Below are positions 35,777 to 48,300 of a stretch of DNA of 64,000 bases, one piece after another. Location: the NCBI GenBank assembly GCA_000708835.1, contig DF236966.1, positions 1-64,000 of the forward strand. The letters are read 5' to 3'. The stretch's first letter is position 1; each line of letters starts with the position of its first letter. Under the pieces are notes generated by a model that saw only the letters and a list, made by a program, of their open reading frames with translations, was not told the origin of the DNA and made no database searches. The translations under genes were made by a program, and so were the position numbers. This DNA is from Klebsormidium nitens (lineage: Eukaryota; Plantae; Klebsormidiophyceae).

Positions 35777-36828
35777 TGTTGAGCTGGAGAAGACGAGCGC
35801 ATTATTGCTACCACCATTGAAGCGAGCGGAAAGAACCTCAAATCCGCGTTTTAGAAAGCGAATTTTGCTTTACTGGTCAGACTGCAGCTGGCTTGCTGGG
35901 CAGGACTCTTCCGTCCAACATTTTTCAAAGGTCGAAAATTGATGAAGAATACCGTTTCTATAAGAGGTGTTTTGAATATCCACTTCTTGAACTCCTTCGC
36001 ACATTATCCACTTCCAGAATTTTCCCTGGCACTGGCACTGGCAGGAAAGTTGCGGGAGGCGTTTAAGTGCGCTCCTGCATTGGGGTCGTGGAGGGTCCCA
36101 GGATACGGTGCATATCAACGTGGAAAGGAGGATTTGACAGTCAATGTAGCCGCACCACCCCTTGCATCATACCACCATTGCCAAAGCGCTGAGCAAGTTT
36201 TAAGACCTGTCGGTTGATCGAGCACAACGCCTTTCCTCCATGTTCAGAATGAGGGTCCACAACCCTGATGCACCTCAAGCTTCCTCATCAGGAAGAGGGT
36301 TTCGGCAGCGAACGTAGTACTGTTTCTTCGCAGGACAGTACTGGGAGTCTCACTTCCAAGCAGGTTGAGGAAACTGAGACTCTACAGGCTGCTGCGCATG
36401 AATCTTTGAACAGCGGGAAAGCATTGCTTGACGGTCAAGGGAACGTTGCTGAAAAGCAGAGTTTGCTGATACCATCGGACCCCACTCTTGGGGGTGCCAA
36501 AGGAGGAGCAAGATCTGAGCACTTTGATAGAGGGGCATCAGCAGTACCTGCTCAAGAATCCAGCGATGACAGCATTGACTTCAGCGCACTGAACGGCGAT
36601 ACCACACCACCGGCTGGTGACCTCAATGCAGGCAGCCTCGAGCCACCACTGCAGAACAGAAACAAGCCTTCCGGGCTGAGCTTATTTGCCAAGGGTTTCT
36701 TTGGGCCGGTGCCGCTTTCATCGCTTGGCAGCCCCTTCCAAGAGTTCGTTCTGCAGACGATCGCGAGCGAGGTTCTCAAAGAGGTCCGCTACGGGGCTGC
36801 TGGAAAAGCGGGGCAGCAGTCACGCAAG

Positions 36829-39378
36829 ATGAGCGCAGCTAAGCAAGTGGCCGTCTCGTTCGATGACGTCCGGGAGAAGAATCTGAAGCAGCTGCGGAAG
36901 CTGAACCAGGTGCTGTTCCCGGTGCGCTATGAGGAGAAGTTCTACACGGACGTCCTATCGTCCGGGGAGTACACAAAGCTTGGTGAGTGGTGAAGCGCCC
37001 CTTGTTTTGGCATCTTATTTCTACCTTTTTGGGGGTCCAGTGTAAGTCCACCTCGCCAGATTGAGCCTCATTTCTGGATTGATGGATTGTGGACATAAGC
37101 AGGAAAGGGGCATAAGCACCATACATGCTACTTCTATGTTGGTTGACTGACCTCCGGTTAGTGAGGTCGGGCAACGGACGGCTGCACTTTTCTTGGCGGT
37201 CTCCTTGTAGTGACTCGTGGACAGAGCTCAGGCAAAGCCCTCCTGTATGTGGGTCCTCTTTCCTTGGCAGTTGCCTTCCATGTTTGTTTTGGTGCAACCC
37301 AGTTGACCTACAAGTTTCATCAACTGTCAGAAAGCCGTGCGTCGTCTGCCTCTATGTTCTGTTGCTTGATGTGCCATCCCTGCCAGCCAGATTTGTTGAT
37401 TGGCCTTTAAATATTTGCATACGCACTTGCAAAGAGTGTGCACAGGGACAGAAGCAAACTCGAGGTTCGAGTCAGGAATCTTATACCCCTTGACTTTCAG
37501 ACTCAGAGCACAGCTATAAGCAGACTGGTTTTTGCAAACAAGGTCACGGTTGCTCGCTTTGATGGGCCGGAAGGAAAAAGACTGATTTCTGAAATAAAAG
37601 GTACTTTTGACGGATCCAAAGCTTCTTCCACAGCTGAGATCTTAGGGTCTCGCTCTTTGATGACTTAAGGGGTCTAATCCGGACTATGAAACACATTTGA
37701 AGGGCACGTTGTGGACGTGTTCCCCCGAGACGTTGAACCCTCACGGACTCTTTGGGCTTCCTTGCAAAAGCGCAGGATTGCCATCTTTCATTCAAGCAGG
37801 ACAGGATGCAGCCATGCCTTTAATAGTTTACATTTTGACGTCTTTCAAGATGGACGTTCTGCCAGTTAGACCGACTGATGTGGCGCTCGAAAGGAGCGCA
37901 CGTGTCCCCTGAGCTTTGAAGAATCTACATCGAGCAGAGAGCTAGAAGGAGTTTATCTCAACGAGTCTGACATCTCGGCTTTGAGCAGATTGCTCTTTCC
38001 TGCTCGCGCAACTTCGTTTTTAGCACTCGCCTGCGGTTGCTGACAGTTGCGCATGTTCTCCCTCCCAGCGTACTACAGCGACATCTGCGTGGGGGCGATC
38101 GCAAGCAAGCTGGAAAAGCGGCCAGAAGGCGGCCTGCGGCTCTACATCATGACGCTTGGTGTGCTGGCGCCTTACCGAAGGCTAGGCATAGGTACGTTTC
38201 CTGCTCCTCTCCTGCGATTTCTGTGTGGGAACAATCTCCTCCCTGCAGTCTTGCCGAGACTTTCTAGACGCGTTGGTTTGTCGCGCGATTACTTATAATT
38301 CTGCAGGTTTTAATGCCTGGCATGGTCGCTTGGCGTTCCCTCTGATCAACATTTAGACTACGAATAGATGCAAAGAACACTTTAGCTGTCGGCCATGCAT
38401 TACGGACGGAGCTTCTGCACTTGACTCGTAGATTGCAGTTTCATTAGCATTTTCATGATAGACTTGGATGGTCAAGGTGACGGTCGAAGTTGCTCCAGGG
38501 CTGCTTGGCTTTAAAGTGGGCGTAGGGCTCGCGAGCTCATCTGGAAAATAGACGGCGTTTCAGCAGAGTTGAATCTATCGGACGGCTCACAGCTAGCCTC
38601 TTCAAGCCGCCCTCAGTGCTCAGTCTCACTAGTGTGCTTATGAAATCCGACGCCCACTTTAAGCATCTGCAAAGGTTCCGCTCTTCGTTGAATGGGTTTA
38701 AGGCATTCAAACGATTCGTTTCGCTGGGAGCGATAAAACTGCGGCTCTCGCATGGTTGCACCTCATTGCCTCACTTGTGAGCATTTGCAGACCTTTCTTC
38801 TCTTCCTTTGGTAGTGCTGTAGTCAACCAGGGGCTAGCTTTTTGCTCGGAGCAACCGGAAAGACTGCGGCTGTGCATGCAGCGTCGACGATCTGGCAAGG
38901 TACTCAAATCGTACGGTGAAAGGAGCACGTGCATGACTCACTTTCACGCACAATCAATTGCATTTTCATAATATATTAGTAGTAAGGAGTTGTTTATCGT
39001 GGTATCAGACACTACTTCTTGAGCATTATATGCGCCGTGCTCCAAACCATAGTCCCACTATAGTCCCCCTACTAATCCGACCCGTCCTCGTCGCGTTACT
39101 TGTTACCATTTGACCCGATATGCCTGCAAACGTAGATTTTGGATGACTTTTTGCCTGCAGCGTCGAAGCTGCTACAGCACTGCCTGGACCTGTGTCATGG
39201 GAACGCGGAGGTGCACGAGGCGTATCTCCACGTACAGACCAGCCGCTACGAGGCAATCGCGTTCTACAAGAAGTTCGGGTTTGAGATCGTGGAGACGCTG
39301 GAAAACTACTACAAGAGGATAGACCCGCCGCATGCTTACGTGCTTATGAAAACGTTACAGCCATCGGCAGAGAGCTAG
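36829..39378 (+). CDS. NAA50: N-alpha-acetyltransferase 50 (NatE catalytic subunit, GNAT); 3 exons: 36829-36982, 38069-38191, 39161-39378; 164 aa from the conserved ATG, with a possible upstream in-frame start at 36268
   Basis: NLKQLRKLNQVLFPVRY, AYYSDICVGAI, LYIMTLGVLAPYRRLGIA, YLHVQT, AIAFYKKFGFEI and LENYY. Phases are consistent. Confidence 0.95.
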
Positions 39379-42305
39379 CAAGATGCGCGTGATTTTTTGT
39401 CGAACGTGGGGGATATCCGGGAAGGAGCTGTGGTCAGGGTGTGATTGCGGATAATAAATGAAGACTTCCAACGGCACGGGGACCATTCGTGCTGACACGA
39501 TGTTCCAGGAATAGAGTCGAGTCGGCGGGGTTCGACAGCTTTGAAGGAACTCGTTTTTTGGCGTTCAATGGTCCGCATTAACGGACGCGATGAGACGAAG
39601 TTGGTCAAATGTTTTCATGTGCCTTTTGAGCCAGGTCAATGATGCTAGACGCCCTTTTTGAGAACTGATCACTACTCTAATCAAAGGGATTCAATTGTTG
39701 AGGCTAAGTTCGACAAGAGCGAGTTCTCTATCATGATGCCAACCGCTTCAACTAAGGAACTCGTCATGGCATACGATCCGAAGTTCGAACATGATGCTTG
39801 GCCATGTCGGAATCAACTCGCGATCAACTGGGTGAGGGATTACGTGGCCCAGCCTGCCTCTATTGCGCACTGGCAAGGGACGCCGGACATTGCTAACGCC
39901 TATGAAGTGCAGGCGTCCTGGAATCATCGAGTGACGTTACTGAATCAAAGCGGACGCTGTTGGTATAAAATAAAACGTTGTAGTGCACAGCTAAAAGCGG
40001 TGAGTGTCGACGACGATCATTGTGGTTGTGGGCTGCCGCGTTTGTTGTTATGGTTCAAAGAATTGAGCTTGCGCAATGATGGTCGAAGTGCTAGAATGTC
40101 GAGCAGGCTCACGAGCGGAAGCAATTGACCAGAAGCGGGTTGGAGTTATACTTGACGTACTGTCGGCAAGATCCTGGTCATCATTCGCCGTGAGAAGCGG
40201 CCATGCGCTTTCATGGTGCTATGGGGGACGCGGGCTTGTATGCGGCCTTTCCTTACGAGCGAGTACTTAAGGGGCAAGGTGGGGGCCGGGGCGCCTAAGA
40301 GAGCTGTTGCGCTAGGCGGACTCAGCTCAACTTTGTGTGTACATAACGGTCTTCCTAATTGCATCCAAACAATGGCCCACACCCGGCCCACAGCTCGGGC
40401 CCCATCAGGAGTGGGACCCAAAATCAGGTAAACTGTGGTTCCTCTCGCGTGTTTCAATCACTTCCATTCAGAGGATTGGACTTGGGTTTACAAGGATTTA
40501 CAAGGGCGGCCAGAATACCGTCGCTTTTGCCGCTTTGCGGCATTGCCACTGGTTGAACTGCGCACTGGCGCCCGGGCCCCGGGTGGCCGCGGCATGCTTT
40601 GATTGGCCGCGCCGAGCGGCCGCCGCGCGGCGCGACCGTGACTGGGCCCGTGTACGGCATCATGAAGCTAACTCCTCGGACTCGATCCACGTTTATCACG
40701 TGGTCTTTTGAGTCGACGAATCAAGTGCTTCCGAATTCTAGACGGGCATTTAATGCACATTCGTTTGGTCAAACTTTGGTGCATAATGCTTGCCAGAGCT
40801 ACAAGTTTGAGCCTCTGACACAGCTAGCTAGAGCTACCCAGAATTCAGGCTCAGCCAATCACAGCCCCCCTCGCGTGAGCCCCAACTTCCGCATTCAGGC
40901 TGGAGGATGCTCTCCTACAGCATCGGTATCTGCTCTCTGGCCAATCCCTCCAAAATGTTATGGAGCAGAAGCCTTGAAGATCTCGGAGTCTGTTATACTC
41001 GTATCAAGCCTGGCACTTGTCCGAGCATTAAGAAAACAAAATGCATTGCATTCCGACTACTAGTAGAGATTTGACACGAGAATGCGGGCCGGGGAAGGTC
41101 CCTCTGAAGCGTTTACAGCGGGGATATCTAGCATTCTGCCGTGGAAGTTGCGATGCCAGCTCCCAATAATTGCACCCATTCAATCTGAGATGTGCATTCA
41201 GGAGTAACTTAAGGTGAGGTAAAGGCCTGCTTGCATTGGGTGCGATCAATGCCATCGAATGTTTGTCCTCTTCACATGAGGCCTGCAATTGTGGGCTTTG
41301 CTGCTTGGCCCAAACTGCGCAGAATTGTCAGAAGCTTCTTGAGTGAGCCAGGAATTGAACCTTCTTGTGTGAGCCAACAAAAATTACACATTGTCAAGGA
41401 TACAAAGAATTGAAGTGGCGGTAGATTGGGGGCACAGATCGGAGCTACGCGTTGATCGTGCATTGTTTGAATCCAAAAAAAGACCTTATTGGGCTGAGTG
41501 CCCCGACATTTTACTTTCTGCTCACGTGACCAGTGGTCAACCAAGAGAACAGACCCACTATAAGATGAGAGAGTGCAATAGAATTACTCTTGCGAGCAAC
41601 ATTGAGCTGCTCGATAAAGAGTCCGGGCCAATCAGCGTCTGGCAAACCTTCTACATCCTTGCAATAGACATTGCTATGTTGTCTATAGCGAAGTCCCTTA
41701 AAATCCTCCTTGTTACATCCCATTGCCCCAAACTCCTTCCTTTTTCTGACAATTCCAAGTGACAGATGCTGATACAGATTGACTTTCTTGCTTGTAATTC
41801 TTACTTCGTGGGATCAAGAGAGTGATCTCGTTGAGAATGTTCTTACAAACTCACATAGAATTTTGACTGATAAAACCAATTGCCCCTCGCTGCCTACATA
41901 GCCTTTTGTCCAGCCCAACGTATTCACCCATCAGGTTGTTCCACTTTTTGTTGGAGCTCTTCCAATGCTTACTCCAGAATGTGCAGACCCACAGACTTTC
42001 AGAAGCTCAGCTCCCTTTGAATCCCATCAACCCCCTCTTCCAATGCCCAATATAGATTTCACCTTGTTGCCAGCTTTACAAGGAAACAAGAAGTCGCTTC
42101 TGGTGAAGACACTTTCTGGAACTCGCCGAATTCAAGTGTACGGCATTTAAGTGTACGGCATTGCCGTAAGGGACTCCTTGTCTCAGCAGCCTGCTCCACA
42201 CTGATGTCTAGATGAGAACAGGTGTTCTCTGCATTCATTGCCAATTTGTACACTCAATAAACAAGACATGTTCCTTCACTGCAGACGATCCCCCTCTACC
42301 TTACC

Positions 42306-45300
42306 ATGGCAAAATCCATCAGCAGACCCCATCTGGCATCCCTGCAGACTTGCCCTGCCCAAACCCTCCCCTCAACCTACCATCAAAGGACCCGATTAGC
42401 AAGCTCCCATGCCATCACCTATACAGCCAGAATGCTGCGAGCCTCTGTTAAGGGCTTCAAACCCAGAGACATCGGACAGCCCAATAGACTCAGGGTGAGA
42501 TCTAGATCGGAGAAGCGACAGCTTGGTCAACACATACCGCTCTTCAAGAAATTGTAAAGGCATATGGGCTCTCATAGCAGCAATGATCCTGCAAAGCTTG
42601 CGTGCGACTCAAAGTGTCTGCATATTGTTTTGACAATGTCTGGGCACATTATGAAACTCAAAGTAGGTAGGTTTGTGTAACTTCTCGGGGAGACTTATGA
42701 GGCCCTACTTGTCATGCACTTCTGCCAGATTCACGTAAGAAGTGACACACTTTGGAAGAACGGATCGCTGCATCCTGCGTTGGTTAACGGCCTTTCCAAG
42801 GCACTCCGCAAAGCGAAACTAATATGACGTGACCAGGGCTCAAATCAAGATTCTACGATTGGTAGATTCCGAAGAGCTGCTGCGCTTTCCTGATATTGAA
42901 TCTCCTTGTGTAGGCAAGCAGCGGCGCAGTTCCGATCTACGAGCCTGGCTGGACGGCACTCCGGGGGAAGCACGACTGGAAAGGAATGGTCCCAAAGGAT
43001 CCGGAATCGTTCATGGATAAAGCGCTCAAGAAGGAGGTCACTCTATACGGGGAGGCAGCCGAAGCGACGTATGACACCGTTGACCTGCGTGACTGGAGTC
43101 GAGACAGGGACCGCAACAGGTTGGTGTCAAGCAAGATTCTGTACATTCCTGATCTGCCATCGATTCTGTCCGGGCCTTCTGACTGCCTGAGCTCCAGGAA
43201 AACAGGGAAATCAGGTGTCTGAACTCCAAGAACTTCCGAGCGTTCAGACATGGCGAGACGACTGATAACCCAAGCCCACTTAGGCTCCGTTAACTTACCC
43301 TCCTGCCAATCAAAGCTGATCAAGAGCTAGTTAGTCACCCTTGAACAAGATCTGCCTGATGCAAAAACCTTTCCCGTCTTTTTCAAAACAGGTTGAGCAA
43401 GGAGCTTCTGCCAAGTGCCCTCCGACCAGTCGAACCTGACCAAGAGCTGGATAGGTCCCCTGGAACAAGATTTGCTTGAAAACGAAATCCTTTCTTGTCT
43501 TTTTCAAAACAGGTTGAGCAAGAGGCTTCTGTCAGCTGCCCTCCTGCCAATCGAACCCTGTCTATAGAGTTCTAGCTAGAGCTGACTGATACTCCAAAAC
43601 TTGATCTGGTTGAGGGCAAATAAGAGGAGTGTTTGGCCCTTAACGGTTCTGGGCTGGTTAGAAACTGGTCATATGTCCAGTGACCAAACTCGGGCGTTGA
43701 CCATCCGCTGAACACGGTTAAAGCCCGGTCATTGTCCAATAAACCGGAGCGTCAAGTCTGGTAATCAGCCTGGTTAGCAGCCAAACCTAATTCCCCGTGT
43801 TTTCCCACCAGGTTTCCAAAGGAGCGCCTGTTGGACGACGGCCATCTCATACACGAGTCCTTCTTCGCGGAGCTGCCCGGAAAGGGCTACTCCGCAGAAA
43901 AGGGCGCGTTTCTGATTGCGAGCGAGAAGGCGCAGATCACGAAAGACCTGATCAAAGAAAGGAAAGGCCAAGACGTCGAGGATAACGTGTGGATCGGCTA
44001 CGTGGCCTACTCGGCGGCGCGCAAGGACGTACTGGTGGCATGGCGGGGGACGCAGAGGCCCGCGGAGTGGATATCCGACGCGACGTGAGAATTGTTATCA
44101 ATTCCATGCATAACATAATGGCCATGTTGACCAACGAAAGTGCACGGAGGACCGGTATGGTTGTTCAGAAGGTTTAAAGTGGGTGAAAGGGTGCGCACTG
44201 CGCAGCGTGTTCTGCACGACGTGAGGTGGCTCTGCAACGCCCTCGTTTGCTTGTCACAGCGGTTGGGCCCAACAGGATTTTTGGCCCTTAACCATGGATG
44301 GTTATGAGCTGCTTATGGGCTGGTTAGGAAGTGATTATGTGTATTCAACAACCAGTTTGGGAGGTAACCAGCTTTGGAACAAGGTTAAAACCTGATCTGT
44401 TTGTCCAGTAACCCGAGACTTGGTTCTGGTAAGCAGCCTCGTTTCTTCTGGGGCCGGGGCGTACGCTGTCGGCCTCCTTGTTTTGTTGCGTGGAATACAA
44501 CATTACCCGCCTTTTCGTTTTCCTCTCCGCTTCTCCATCGCGTAATGCATCTCGCTCTACATTCCAATCTAACAAATCCACGTAGTCGATGCCTGTCTGT
44601 CGCCGGTGGAGACCCAAATGCGGTGCGTCCCTTTGCTTTGCTTTCCCGTTGATCGTTCCCGTTTTTCCGTCTTTCTATCAACTTTCGAGGAAAATCAAAC
44701 ACCTAACTATCTTTGCCGCGCAGGCTGGACCAAATTCCCTACCTCGCATATCCAAAAGAACCCAACCCTTCCAACCCGCCTCCTCGCCCGAAAAAGCTCT
44801 CAGTCCTTCAGAAGCTTTCCCCCCTTTTCATCGCCGTCCTTTGGGCTTCGCCCCTCCTGCTTTTTCTCGCCGTCAAATCTGGCCCCGCCAACTTCCCCCG
44901 CGCTCTCGTTTCCTTCGCGACCGCGTTCGAGAGCCAGGTCGCCGCCCCCTCTTCCGGATATCCCGCCACAGCAGCGGTTGTCCTCTGGGCGGCGATCCCT
45001 CTAGCCTTCCGCAGACTGGGCTACTCCTTCCTCGCCGGGGGGGCGGCGACCCTGCTCGGCATAGTCACGCTGGTCCCCCCCGCCGCGATTATCTACGCCA
45101 TCGGCCGATTGCTCCCGGCTTTCCAGGCCGGGGGGGTCGTTTCGCTGCTGGCCACAGCCCCCCTCGCGTTCCTGGCCGCGATCCCCGCCCTCGAGCTGTT
45201 CAACGTCCGTGACAGAAACGGCTACCGATTCTACGCGCTGATCGCAGCGTGCGCGAGCGTTGCGGTCTCGGTTTGGTACCCCGGGAGCTTCTACCGGGCG

Positions 45301-48300
45301 GTCGGGGTTATCATGGCGTTCGTTTTCGTGCCCCTGGCGGTGACGTCAGGGCAGGCGGCATGGGCTGGGGCGGCGGAGACGGGCCCGTGTGTGCACGAGG
45401 GCTTCTTCGAGCTGTACAGCAAACCTCCCGTGAAACCCGAAAACGACGCCGTCGAGAGAAGCGCACCCAGGGTGAGCAACCGGGTGAAGCATTACGTTAG
45501 GAATGTTTCGTTGCTAACCAACTCTGTTGAAGGGGTGTTCAAGCAGCTTCAAAGTAGCTTGTAGCAGAACGATGAAACCCCAGGGAAAGGATGACGACGC
45601 AGTCGATATAAGCTCGCCCAGAGTGAGCGACCGGATTGATCAGGAAGGTTTTGCTCCCAATCAAATCTGGTTAAGGAGTACTAACCAGTTTTTTACCAGC
45701 TTCGCTTAGAAGAAAGGTGAAACCCCAGACGGAGGAACAACGACACAGTTTGAGACAAGCGCCCCCCGGGTGAGCCGTCCCGTTGGTTAACCGTCACGTT
45801 GAGAATGCGTCGCTCCTAATCAAACCTGGTTAAGGGTTGTCCACATTGCTTCGTGTAGTTACAGTAGTATAAAAGATGGAACCCAAGCAGACAACTGACA
45901 CAATCGAGGTAAGCCCCCCAGGATGAGCAACCGGGTTAGCCAGGAAGGTTTCGCTCCTGATTGATCTGATTATCGGTATGTTACCAGCTTTGAACCAGCT
46001 TCGTCTATGGAGTGCCCCGATCTGAGGTTCTCGTGTGCTGGGTCGGGAAGCTTCGACGAGGCGGCAATTGACAACGATCCGGATTTGTTTGTGGCATCAG
46101 CTTGGCACTTATTTACCTTGACTGCGTCTCGCTTAAAAGCTTAAACTCCCTTCTTGTAACCCAGATCCGTTCCAAACTTCGCTAAAGCGCCAAATGACAA
46201 CGGGCTAATCTTCGTACTTTTAACCTGTATTTTTCCGTCTTTCTCGAGACACATGTCACCAGCTTGTCTCGGTTTTATCTCAAATATTTTTCCATGAGAC
46301 CCTCTGCGTCTTTTCCTTGTAACCCGATTCCGTTACTGCAAACAAGAAGGTGCGTTTTCCGAACCTGTTCGTTCCTCGCAGGACACTCTCCACAAAGCGG
46401 TGAAAGCGCTCCTTGAAGACGCCTCGATCGAGGTCGAGACCATCAGCGTATCGGGCCATTCTCTCGGGGCGGCCCTGGCCGTTGTCAGCGCCTTCGACCT
46501 GGTCAAAAGCGGGACCAACGAAACGACGGTCGGGGGACGTCTCGTTCGCGTCCCGGTCACCTGCTTCAGCTTCGAGGGGCCGCGCGTGGGGAACGTGCTG
46601 TTTGCGGAAGATTTTGCCAGGTTGGTAGAGCGCTTTTTGGTATTATACGGATTTCGGATTTTTTTTTCGGAATCCTAGCGTTCGACGGGCCGCGCGTGGG
46701 GAATGTCCTGTTCGCGGAAGACTTTGCCAGGTTGGTGGAGCGGTTTCTCCGCTTCCTTTGGGTTCTAGGGTTTTCGGGTTTCGGTCTTCCTTTTGGGTTT
46801 AGATATTAACGAATTCGAGTTTCGAGGTTCTACAGCTTGTTGGGGCCGCGCGTGGGCAAAGTCCTATTCGCGAAGAGTTTCCGAGGTTGGTAGTGCGAGT
46901 TTTTGAATCAATAAGGATTCTCAGGGTAGGGCAAACTGTGCCCGGGGAATGCCGCCGGGCACTTCTTCGACGGAGGCGTTGTGCTTTGCTTGACGGACTG
47001 AAAGGCGGTCGGATGGAAAGCGGCTGATCTCGGCTGAATCAATGTAACGCGGCATGGTTGCCCTCCATCATCGTACATTTCTCTCAGCTCGTGCTTCACG
47101 AGACCGTGATTGCCATCGGTCCACTAAACGGTTGAACGGTGACCGTTCTAATGCCGTTTCACAAGTGCTTGACTTCGCAATCCTGATCAAGACCTACCTG
47201 GACTGTATTGCCCACCCGTGTGACTTGCATTGGGACCGTTTGTATTTATAGCTGATTGTACAGCTGTTTGCATCAAGCTTGCCACCGCTTTTCATTGCTT
47301 AAGACGATGTTTCTCGTCTTTGACCAACCGATCGAAGACAAGAAAGGCATGATCTGACGGCTAAGGTTTGCGGGCCACAACTCAAAGCTTGAAGATCAGA
47401 ACGAAGTTCGAAACGTCTCCAGCGGTAGAGTTATTATGAGCACAAGGGCATTTGAGGCCCTGTTCCTCCCAATGCTAATCACAATCACAGTCTGGCTTTC
47501 CGCCCCTTTCTTCAGGAAACAGGCATTCCCCATTGTCAGTCCCTAGTCACCAAAGCGGACGAGTCTCCCGCACTGCAAACGGGCTCTGGTCACTCTCGTG
47601 TGTCTTGACCGTAGTGCACCTCAAAACAGACGTCCGGTATATGAGTGGGTTTGGCCGGTGTTCACTAGGGTGGGTTGAGATGCGGAAGCGTGTATCTGCG
47701 TTGAAAGGTTTCGGTAGATTCCTGGGGAATCACTTAAGTCGGTCATACAGCTGTTAGTGGCACACCGGAGTTACCTGTTTCAAAAAGCCCTGTTTCGCAG
47801 CTGGGTGCCTGAGGGCTTCCGTGTTCCTCGCCGCAGGCTCAAGGCACAGGGCCTCACGGCGATCCGCGTGGTCAACAAACCCGACGTCGTAACCCAGGTC
47901 CCAAAGGCGCTGTTCCTCCAGAACGTGTACTTCATGCTCGGGGCGGTTCTTAACATGAATCTGTTCTGTTCCCTTATTAACTGGTTCGAGAACGTCAGCT
48001 ACGGGCTCCGGCTGCCGTCAGCATACAAGCACGTGGGCGTGGAGATCCCGATGGATTCGCGCCAGGTGGACTACATCCAGCAGATGAAAGGTGCGTGCAA
48101 CTTTCGACTATTTTGACTCGTAATCTACTATGATGGCTTTAATTGTCTCCCTTTGCATTCCAAGCTTAAACGGAGCAGAAAAAGCGTTCAATGAGTTCAG
48201 AGAGAGGACATGCGAGAAATAGAGTGAGCACTGAACGAGGAAACGTGTCGCTTTGTCAATTGGCAATCGTTTGGCAGTCTATGAGCGTTTTTGAAGGCTT

